This document shows positions 1-10,814 of a stretch of DNA of 64,000 nt, piece after piece. The DNA is from Paraspadella gotoi (taxonomy: Eukaryota; Animalia; Chaetognatha). A model generated the notes under the pieces. It was not told the origin of the DNA and did no database searches. It worked only from the letters and a program-made list of their open reading frames with translations. Positions within the stretch are counted from its first letter, which is position 1. Every line of letters begins with the position of its first letter. Location of the stretch: positions 17,588,937 through 17,652,936 of the forward strand of contig CM119267.1 of the NCBI GenBank assembly GCA_051294375.1, in the 5' to 3' direction. The translations under genes and the position numbers were made by a program.

Positions 1-689
1 TCAGAGGGGGAAACACACCATCACAGGCGTAGTGTTCCATCCACAGTCCTAATGACTTCCCTCTGCGTTGGCAAAGCGAGAACCGTCCTGGTGACTGGAT
101 GCGTCACTGAGGGTCGGAAGCCCCCCAAAGCCAACAGTGAGGATGCCCCATCCCAATGGGCATCAACAGGCAACCCGGCTGTTGCCATAAGTGGTGAGCC
201 CTACTATCGAGACACGCAACCTTCTCAGGGTACGCTACGGACAAACGCCTATGCCCTGCCGACTTCGGGTACGCTACGACAAACGCCTATGCCCCTGGGG
301 TACGCTACGACAAACGCCTATGCCCCACAACTCGCGCTCTTTCTCTCTCTCTCTCTCCCACTATGGTAACAGTCTTGTCAGACACCTCTCAGGCTTGAGG
401 AACCTGAGTGATGTCTTGGCCCGGGGATCCTGGTGGCGGTATATTCACACCGCCTCAACGTCCGTCATCCTTCAGCCAAATCCCATTGGCTCAGAGGGGG
501 AACACACCATCCCAGGCGTAGTTGTTCCATCCACAGTCCTAATGACTTCCCTCTGTGTTGGAAAAGCGAGACCGTCCTAGGGAACCGCGCCAGTGACTGG
601 ATGCGTCACTGTAGGGGTCGGAAGCCCCAAAGCCAACAGTGAGATGCCCCATCCCAATGGGCATCACAGGCAACCCGGCTGTTGCCATA
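1..689 (+). mobile_element. TRIM-like miniature LTR element E1, copy 1 (5' LTR truncated by window edge)
   Basis: Direct repeats at <1-189 and 431-689, both ending CTGTTGCCATA. PBS-like TGGTGAGCCC at 192-201. Three 28-bp internal repeats. No convincing coding capacity. Same locus as 11119-11854 within the 11-kb duplication. Confidence 0.7.
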
Positions 690-839
690 AATACCGTTAA
701 TACAATTCATATCATGAAGCTTGAAACGGAAACGTCACCGTAATACGTTTTTTTTTTTTTTTTTCATTTTGAATTTTCCGACAATTCGGTAGTGTGCACT
801 AATTAACCTGCCTGAACCACTCTCTTCTCGCCCTTGCAG

Positions 840-3800
840 CAGCAACGGTGACTGCATGCCTCGCAACGCCATCTTTATCGTCACGTCTTCCACGGCCTCT
901 TTCTTCTCCGCTCGTCATCATGCTCATAATGTACGGCACGACGATCTACAATCCTCAAACAAAACGTTAGTCTTTTGTTACATTTATTATCAAATGATGT
1001 TATGTTATTTTGTGATTTTTGGATAATTGACCTACCAAACCGCTGGTGAGAGTGATGGAAGCCCTAGGTATTTGAGTCTCTGAAGTTTAGTAACTTAAAA
1101 GTGGGAAAGTTAACTAACAAACTAACTAAATTAGCATAATTCAAAAAAGAATATTTGACTTCAGGAAAAGGCCAACGAGGCGACGGGAACTAGGCAAGTC
1201 GGTCAGTCGCAGATCAGAAAGATCGAAAAGGTACGATGTCGAAGAAATAAGTCACTATATGGTTATTATAATAAAATGAATATCAATATACTAATTACTA
1301 TTTTAAAAATAATTCTTGTTTTATTGAAAGTAACAATTTTGCTTATTTCCTTTTTTTCCGTTTTCCTCGCTCCCTTTCTCTACAGCCCCATCATCCTCTG
1401 CGCGCCAAATCTTTGCCCGACGATCCCGCACGTTCCTCGCCATCTTGGCGCCCAAGATTCCTACCTCCGACCGCCACGCTCAATCAGTGACGCGTTCCAC
1501 GGCGACGCCGCCGCAGCAGCCGCGGTGGAACCGCTTTCGGTCGGCGCGCTCGCCAGCCGAAACGGTTGAGGACCGCGCGGTTTCGGAAAGAGTTCGCGAC
1601 ATGGCGAACGGGCGGCGCCGTTGCCGTCGTCGCAGGCGCGGCCGCCGTCGTTTCAACGCCGGAAAACGACGAAGGTGCGAAAAGGTAAAAAAAAACTGAG
1701 GATAAATTGAAGGTGTTCCGCCGAGAGACCAATCAAAAACAAACGGAGCTAATGGAAAAACAAACAAATGGGAAAGAGGTCGCCTCGGTCGGATTGGGTG
1801 ATTAAGTTTTCCCGCTAACCTTCGAGAGGGCGCCGCCATTTTGCTTTTCACTCGCTTCACGATTGTTTTTGTACCCTCTTTTTGAAATAAAGGGCTTGAA
1901 TTTTAATTTTGAAGACAGTAAGGTAGTGCATACGGCTAAACCGTATACCAAAAGAGACAATTAGACCAATTCAAAGTTATTTATTCTTCATAATTTATGA
2001 TTCAACCTTGTCACTCTCAATTTTCTTTTTTCGAATCAATCAAGAGCTCTATAAATCTTATTCATTTTACTTCATTTCAATAGAGATTTCTCTCGCGTAA
2101 GCTGCACATCTTCTTGCAAATTTCGTCGGAAGCTGCAGTATCTCGTCTGCGAAGGCTCCTCAGAGAGCGAGGAACGGGACCGCCGCTGGACGCGCTGAAT
2201 TGATCGTCGGTGGCGACATTCTTTCGCTGTTTCTGTGTGGAATTCAAAGCGCGTGTTGCATTATCATGTTTCTCACCTTCAATCAAAGGAATAAAGGCAA
2301 CGTATCCTGTGGCCCCAAAATAATCCCAATAATGTCTTGTGGATTCAAATTTAAAAAATTCTTCGAAATATTCTGGAATAGGGAAGATAAATCTATTGGC
2401 TTCAAAATCTAATTGACCTGCTCAGCTGGGTTTGCATTTTCTTTCTGGTGTTCATTCACATCAGGGACTAAAGGCAATTCATCTTGTGGTTTCAAATTCC
2501 CATAATCTCCATATACAGGCACTATATCCTGGGGCTTCAAAATACCATAATCTTCTAATAGTGGCACATAATCTTGCGATTTTAAAATTCCATATCGTTC
2601 TAATAGAGACAATATATCCTTTACCTTCAAAATCCCATAATCTTCTAATCTATGTGATATCCCCTGACTATTCAAAGTCTTATAATTTCCAAAATTTTGT
2701 TCTGTTTTCATCTTTCTTGCCTGGGTCTACATTATATTTCTGACTTCCATTCATATTAGGAACTAAGGGCAATACATCTTGTGGTTTCAAAATACCATAA
2801 TATTCTTAATTTAGGCAATAAGTCCTGCGGCTTCAATATTCCATAATCTTCTAATATAAGCAATATGTCTTGTGGCTTCAAAATCCCATCATTTTGCAAT
2901 CTACTCAATACGTTTATTAGTCTCAAAATATTATCATCAATAAAATTGTTCATGCTCATATCTTCTCCTTTTTGGCTGGTTCTACATTATTTTTTTGACG
3001 TTCATGGCAAATCAGGGACCAAAAATACCAATAATCCTCCAATATAGGCAACAATCCTGTGGCTTTAAAATACCGTAATCTAATAAAGACAAAATGTCCT
3101 GTGGTTTAAGGTTAGCCTTCTTCAATATTCTGTCTCGGCAGAATTTGACGCAATCATCGTTAGAGCGACGCGTAAACTCGACTCGTTTTCTCCCGCGACT
3201 CTGTGTAGAGTGTATGTTATAAAATTTTAGTATCCGATTTTAAACAATAAATCCCGTCGTTAAAAGTCTGAATTATTCTGGAAAAAAATAAAATTATCGA
3301 AGTACCCGAAAAGACGTATGGCTTTCCTTTTTCGGGGCCGTTGCCTTCTGATCCCTCTCTTACGCGATTGGCGGCGGCTCTGCTTTTTGGGCCGCCGATC
3401 CCGGTGCGGCCGTGAGGACGACGCAGACGACGACGACGGCGATGAACGACTTCATCGGGATTCTTCGATATATTTTAAATTTATGCGACAATTCTGCTTT
3501 CGTTGGAAAAAAAAAAGTTTAAAAAAATCCTTATGGCGGTAAACTCGCAGATTGTGTTTGTTTGTTTTGGATCGATCTTAAGGGGATTAGTTCTTAATTT
3601 AAAAAAAAAAATAATTAGCCGGTATTGCTAAGGGGAATCGCTAGTAAGTGCGAGCATTGATTTGCGAGCACGCGCAACAGGTCTTCAAGGTCGAGTTCGC
3701 TGGAGAGAAAGCGGGACGAAATCTTCGTAGTCGACGTCGCCGGCGAGTTGAGCGTCATCGCCTCCGACGAAGGGTAAGGGGTTTTTTAAATTTTTGTTTA

Positions 3801-5879
3801 ATTTTTTTTTTTTTTTAGTTCTTATTACACAACACCTTACTGTAGTCACTGTTATTAGTGATATGTTGTTATTGTTTACTCGTTTTTTTGTGGCAGAGAA
3901 TCCCGTTCAATCGAACTCCAACGGGGACGGCGCCTCTAGCGACGGAAAAACAAAAGACGACAACGCGACAAAAGGTTAATTTTTTTTTTTTTAAACATGA
4001 CATTAAAACGACCGGGTCTTCATGGTTAACTTTTAAAAAAAGGCCGAGACGAGTTAGAAGATCTCCGGCTGTCGTCGGCAACGCTGTCATTACATCCCAC
4101 GAACTGACGACGCCACGTCGCGAGCTAGCGCCATCTCCGCGATCGTCGTCGTGAAGATGAAACTTGGACGATGGATTCGACGTCGGCCGAAGAATGGCGC
4201 GCGTGGCGAGGGATAACGACGACGTCGCGGAAACGTGAGGCCGAAATAGTTCTGGTTTTACTCTATAACTGATTGTTTTCTGTATTGAAGTGTGTCTAGT
4301 TGTTTTATGCATTGAATTTATTAAGCTTATCTAAAAAAAATTTTTTCTCGGTCTGCTTGCAAAAAAATTTCCATGTAAATATTTATATTATATTTTTTGG
4401 ACAAATTGATTTTCTTCCCACGATTTTTCTCCCCTCGTCGCACTTCAACTCCCATTAAGCGCAAATCATCAGGTGGCAAAAAGTGAAGACTTATATTTTG
4501 TGTTTTTTTTTTTTGTTTTTTTTTGCTTGACAACTTCACAAATCTAAACCATTTGGGAACATCATTTTTAAATTCCAGGCAATTTCTAGTTCTCTTTCCC
4601 TCAGGGATGAATATTTTGGTTTCGCTGTGAATGAAAAAAAATTAGGAAAATCCGAGTCAAATTTTTAAAAGCTGGAGGGAAAAAAATAAAAAAGCTTCCC
4701 ATATAAAAAGACTACTTGCGAATATCATAAACGAGACTGTGAGAAGAGTCTTGAGGGAACCCTGCTATGTCATTATCTTTAAGAGTGAATGAGGCCTTAA
4801 AAACCAAGCCTGTCCAAAGTCAGGAACAAGATAGCTTATTTATAAATGAAGGATAATTTTTATATTGGTTGTACCAATTTCATATGATTTTAAACCAATT
4901 ATCCCACTCTCTATCCAATCACTCCTGCACGCCCTCTTCAGTCGCACCCCTCAAGTCGTCGTCAACGACGCGGACGCCCTCTCTCTCACGCACAATATCA
5001 TCGACGACCCGCGATCCTCATCATCTTCCTCATCGAACAAACCCGACGATAGAGCGCGCCTTTCGATGGCGCCAACGGACCGCCGGCGTTCACGACGTTC
5101 TCGGCGTCGACACCATCGGCGACATCGCGGCGTAGGTTTCGACCACACCGCGGCGTCGGCGGCGCATGGCGACGCCGGCGTCTTAAAGACTCCGCGGCGG
5201 CGACTACGGAAGTCGTGCTTCAGTTTCAAGGCGCCGGCGTCTCAAAGACACCGACGCCGGAAGGCGCGGCGTCGGAGGCGACGAAAGTAGGTGACGACGA
5301 CGTCTTCGTCGAGGATCGAACGGCGAGGGCGCCGAACGCGGAGTCGGCGACGCTGCGGCGGACACGGCTGAACTTGAGTCGGCTGCAGTCGCATCACAAG
5401 ATGAGGCTGCAGCGGGGGTTAAGAACGAGAAGAAAGCATCGCAGGTATGGATAATGGAAGCGGGGCTGTTGAGGGGGTATCGAGAAGAAAAGTTATTTAT
5501 TGGAATTTTAAATGACTATGTGTTGACTGTCAGTAAAATTGTAAAAAAATGATTTCAAACTGAATTAGATTTAGTCTTAGTTAAATTTCATTGTTTTTCT
5601 TGCGCAGGTCCTTGGCTTCATCCTGGTAGTTTCCGTCGGCATGTGGTCCCTTTCCTTCATCACCTACGTCGTGACGGCCGTCTGCAACTCTTGCACAATC
5701 TCTCCAGACTGGATGACGGCATTTGTGTGGTTGGGCTTACGCCTCGTCTATGGTCCAACCCCTTTATTTACTCAATGGTAAATAGCACCTTCAGGTCGGC
5801 ATTCTGGAATATTCTTACCCTCTCCTACTGTAGAAAGAAAAACATGATAAGGAAAGACTTGTCCAGATTGTATCAATGA
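840..5879 (+). CDS. 5-HT2-like aminergic GPCR, TM5-TM7 exons (duplicate copy with indel errors)
   Basis: Same exons as 10815-17116: the TM5 exon begins at 840 and the TM6-7 exon ends at TGA 5877-5879. Confidence 0.7.
2077..3455 (-). CDS. Nested secreted DYGILKPQD-repeat protein (duplicate copy, frameshifted)
   Basis: Signal-peptide exon from ATG 3455. ORFs 2756-2959, 2409-2711 and 2077-2286 match the cleaner copy at 13250-14649. Confidence 0.6.
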
Positions 5880-6499
5880 GCCCAATTGCTTGATCTCTTT
5901 TAGATTTTACATTATGTTTCTATCTACCTTTGGTCATTACAATTTTGGTACGTCAACATTTTGTTACGCCTATCAAATAGTGGCACTCATGGATCTCAAT
6001 AGTACTCACTACTCAATGGCAATTAGTAAATGTCAAACGTGAGTTTTTTTGTTATGAAAGATTTTAAATACCGCCATTGTTATTTTACGGTAATTGTGTT
6101 ATTTCTGTATTGAAAATAAAAAGTTAAGGATTTGAAAAAAAAATTATTTGTATTTTTTAACACCAGAATGACAAAAATAAATCATAATAAATAAAAATAA
6201 CAAAAGATTTAACAAAAATACAGTGTTTAATTAGCCTCACAGACTGACCAATTGTAATTCACGAGCTTCTTTCATGTCCAAAGTTCCAAAGTTCATCCAG
6301 TTACTTATGAAACAATCCGCGGTCATTTTACGAAGTCCCAATCGATGTAAATTTCATTAAAAAAAAAAAAAAAATTGTCTTTGTCGATTCTTCAAAGATA
6401 GTTTAAACAAAATGGCAAATCGTTGGCGAGAATGATTCAAGGAATAAAACGAAACGATATAAACTGAATTGCAATAGCAAAAAAAAAAAAAAGAAGAAA

Positions 6500-9400
6500 T
6501 CATTGAATCAAGACCGGATATCACGGCGTCCAGACCGGGCATAGGCTCGCGCCAGTAAACAAGGAGAATACTGTTCGCCTTCGAAGACGTAGCACTTGGG
6601 AGTGTTGGAGGTCGACGCTCGTTGGCGGCGTCCTTCGCGGCGGAATCGGCAGCGCGGAGCCAAAGGACGATGGAATGTCGACGGGGAAAGAACCGGCAAT
6701 TCCTGCACCGAGAGAGACCTCGTCTCTGTGGCGAGTCGATCAACTGAGAAAACCGGAGAGAATGTTTATATTTTATACATAACAAAGGTTATGGACTCTT
6801 GCAAGCATAACAATATATAGCGGCTGGTTTAATCCCCGTTCTTTGATCTTACTTGTAATATTTATTTTAAAATCGCTTTTAATTTTACCTGAAGTCTTTT
6901 TAAAGCTTTGTTATAAATTTCCGGTAGAGGCGCGATAGCTCCTTTTAAGATTAAGGGAAAGGCGTGATCAGCCATTTCGCGAAGGCTCGAGTATCTGTAA
7001 AAAAAAAAATTGGTCGTTGTTCTTTTTTTTTCCCCACTGTTTATGAACAGTGAAACCAATAAAACGATTATGAACTAAGTAAGTCACTCACGTCGTTCTG
7101 TAATTCTTCATGAGCTCGTGACAAATTCTCCCCTGGGATGACGGTGAATATCCTGGCCAATGGGACGCCCACGGCTCGATACGACGTGACGTCATTGGTT
7201 TTGTTCCCAAAACCCGCGAAGAAAGGGTATTCGCCTCTGTGGGGTTTGGGGAGGGGAAGAAACACGTTACTAACGTCGTTAGGTTCATTTTAACAGTGAA
7301 AGCTTTCTTTTTTATGAATCTAGTTCTGACATTCAAAAACCTGAGATCGTGAGTTTGAGATTACGTAAATATTTGATAAATATATTGACTTAGGTATAGC
7401 AGACGACAGTCTCAAGTGTCGTTCAAACATGATTCTCCACCTGATAGTTTCTCTTCATCCTCGACGACTCCCTTTATGGTCATGTCGGCCTCCAGCGTCG
7501 GAATCTCCGTCTGTCGCCATGGAAACAACATTGGCGATGTCCTTCAAAGCAGCCGATTTTAAATTCCTCCGGTTTCTTCTCGATAACTTCCCTAAAAAAA
7601 AAAAAGAAATTTAACGAGGCGAAAGGTTTTTCGTTTCCGTGGCCACGCCCATTTCTCGTCCGTCTCCTCTAACCCAACGATTACCGGTGAAACGGTGAAT
7701 GAGCGACGAAGGCGACAGAAGCCACGGCCCGTTGGGCAACGCGTTGGACTCGTGACGGACGGATTGCAAGTAGCTCCTGGTGATTCCCGCCTGGCCGATG
7801 GCGCGAGCGCTCAGGTAGATCAGGCGGTATCCGTTGTCGAGCGATGTGACGGTACAAAGCCGTAATCCCGTCCTGCGACCAGTCCTGCCGACTAGGGAGG
7901 AGGAATTGGCCTGTGAAGGCGAAAAGGAAGTTTAACTTACTTTAACTTACCAATCAAAGAGATATCCAGACTTACCCCAAAACGTCGGACTTGGTGATGG
8001 TTCGCATGATGTCGAGACCGATGAGTTTTTCGTCCCAATTCCACAAGAAGATAGGAGGCTTCGGCTCGAGACGTTCCTAGATAACGATAGTCGTTACGGA
8101 GAAGACGACGATAGTTGGCGCCCTCTTTCAGCGGAAGTTTGGCCTGAAGGTAGAGATACTAGGATAAGGATGTAATATACATAATAATGAATAATGAATT
8201 AATGCGTAGAATATAGTATATAGTATAAACGACGCATAGTCAAGAAAAGGTTTTGTTATTAGTGGCAGCTGGCACAGAGTACCGTCATTTACCAACTGCT
8301 CTCGGAGTGAGTCGAATAAGACTTGACGTATTTCGCCCGCCTGCTCCGTGCCGCGTCGGGTGCAAGCTAGCCGCGCTCGACGTGGAGGAAGCGAAGTCGT
8401 CGTCAACGTCGCCTCTCGCCTGTGAGTAGGGAGTGTGATTGGGTAAGTTTCGATTGCTGCTGAAAAGATGAGAGGCATGAGATATAGAGAGAAAGCGCTT
8501 AAAGAGAGAGAAAAATAAAGAGGAATCTTACGGGACGATCATTGTAGGAGCACTTGAGGAGAGATTATGCTTCCTTGTCGTAGTTGTTGTTGTTGTTGTT
8601 GGGTTTTCTTCATTCTCGACATTCTCGTACAGTTCTACTTCGCCCAATGAGAACCAAGACGCCATTTCGCTCGCCTTTTTCGATTTCTAGGGTTATCCAA
8701 AAGGTGGCGCCGGTATTTGGTTGGCGTTGCGAAAAAAAGCTTAAACAAGAATTAAATGTTGATAAAAACTCACGATTGGCTCGTTTGTTTCGCCCGTCAT
8801 TTGAGGTTGTGCTTATCGAGAAGCTCTGTGAACCGCCTGGAGGGAAGGGCCTGAAGAAAAAAAACCCGGTGCGAACATTAAAATTTTTAAAGAAAATAAC
8901 TTAAAAACGACTTTCTAACTCTTGGATCTCCCACCTCATGTATGCGCCCATTGGACAGCAAGCTATGGGTGCGGCGGACGGCCCAGTTGAAATATACGAT
9001 CCGCGATCTTAAAGACGAGATCGGGGTTGGCCAAGAATTGTCGGGTCGTTGCAAAAATTTGTCAAGGTCACGTGACCTGAGCATGAACCACTTCGTCGGA
9101 GATGGTCTGTTCGGGATTGGATGAAAATCGAGTCGTAAAACGGAATAGCGCCCCAATTAACGTCTTCTGGTCTGCTTCTTTACGCTGCCACTTTTGAGAG
9201 GCCCGCACAAAGGAAAAGTTTTATGTCGGATGCGTCAAGCTGACAGCTCGATGCGAAGAGGTTTCGCTGCCTCGAGGTTTCGGCTATCTTGGAGGCGTTA
9301 AAGCGGGTGGGGTTTCGCTTCTGCATGGGTTCGTGTCGAGTCGCCCGCGGCGAGAAGTTGCAGAGTAGGCGCTGTGAAAAATCACTAATGGTGATAGAAT

Positions 9401-9630
9401 TTTTTAGCAATTTTTTGCTATTTCACTTTTTATTATTAAAATTTATTTTATACATTTCTAGCGCTTGTAAAAATTGTAAAAATAATGTACACACAACGAA
9501 TCCAAAAATATATAATTCCTTACATTTTCCTAACCGATTATCCAGAGCCATTCCGGGATCGATTTCCCTTTTTGTTTGCCCTCGTAATCGCATCGAAATC
9601 CAGCTCGAGGCTTTGCACTGCATCCTGGTG
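6500..9630 (-). CDS. LPIN: Lipin C-terminal exons (duplicate partial copy running into N gap)
   Basis: [31 protein letters not shown] and YWREPMP match 17738-20800. Indel density rises toward the gap at 9677. Confidence 0.7.
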
Positions 9631-10145
9631 GAAAAAGATTGAAATAATTAAAAGATTGGAAATGATTATTAGAAAANNNNNNNNNNNNNNNNNNNNNNNN
9701 NGTGTAAACACCATTTTAAAAATTTTAAATGATAATGTAGAAAATCGTAGAACGAAAATGTTAAATATAAATAAAAAAAGAACATTACCTGCGGAGGGGA
9801 TGCAGCGGAGGCAGAAAGATAGCGGTAAACACGCTCGAGGTCGGCGACGCGGAGGATCAATTGGGATCATGATGAAGGCATGTGAAAAAGAGGAATGAGC
9901 CAAGGAAAGGAGGAAAAGAAAATGGTTGTGAGATTTATCGAGTTGCCAAGATAACCAGTCAAAATGAAAGTTTAAATCGTGAATTATTAATGTCGGCAAT
10001 TTTGACAGCTCTAAACAGCTTTGTATTTATTTTCTTCTCGTTTTTTGAAAAATAAATTCCTACGCAAACGGTACATAGGATACAAATAATCGTCTTCTTA
10101 CTCTCTTTGTCCCTTTAGTATTTTACTAATATCTTAAATCCCCTT

Positions 10146-10209
<64 letters not shown>

Positions 10210-10814
10210 TCTCTCTCGCACTTACTCTTTCCCACCGTTTACTTTTAACTTAAGTCTCAAGTTTAATTTTAAGTCCTTAAAACCAGAAGGACACCACGCA
10301 CTTCCTCTTCCCCACTCGATGCTTCATCCTCCATGTCGAGAGTCGGACAGGTGGGTCTCACCCTTTCCAATTCTCCAAGATAATTCCGAGAAATGAGTGG
10401 TGGGGGCGAGGTGACTCGGTTCACGGTGGGCAGATGGCGCCGAAAGAATTTAAGACGCTAAAATGACTGGAATACTCCAGATGGAAATGACGTTTTTTTT
10501 TAGTCGCCGTCGAAGAACGGAGTGAGTGGGCGGTTGGCGTGTTTATTTTTAAAAATTTACTTTGATCGAGAACTGTCAAAGGTTTCAAATAAATATTTAT
10601 AGGCTGTAAAAGGTGAGGTGACATTCGCCGAGGAAAAAAAATATTGATCCGAAATTCAAATTCTTTTCGAAAAATGAATTGAAGGAATAAATCAATGAAT
10701 AAATGAATGAATTTATAAAAAAAAATATTCATGACGGAACAAATGAAAAAAATATTCACGATTATTTAATAGATAAATGGTATAATGAACGAACGATTAA
10801 AATTTTTCTCTCAG

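Larger units (their letters stand above)
1..9676. repeat. Near-identical duplicate of ~11177-20840 (probable assembly artefact or second haplotype)
   Basis: Colinear match at an offset of about 11.2 kb, differing mostly by 1-bp indels. Ends at a 25-N gap (9677-9701). Confidence 0.85.

Noticed and set aside
228-325. 28-bp direct repeats as a CRISPR array
   Set aside because: Spacers are only 3 and about 10 nt, there are no cas genes, the context is a eukaryotic intron, and the repeats lie inside an LTR element.
52-642. Short ORFs within E1 (and 52215-52514 in E2) as element-encoded proteins
   Set aside because: Frames differ between the two E1 copies and show no gag/pol motifs. Both elements' ORFs start MVSPT only because the ORF caller began at a GTG/TTG codon overlapping the shared PBS.
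6500-9630. Frameshifted lipin (and MMP, GPCR, Ly6) copies as pseudogenes
   Set aside because: Frameshifts are 1-bp indels that differ between duplicate copies and cluster near gaps, consistent with long-read consensus error.
9781-9882. Possible minus-strand exon with a GT donor next to the N gap (and a similar one at ~32824-32970)
   Set aside because: No recognisable protein or partner exons; cannot be supported from sequence alone.
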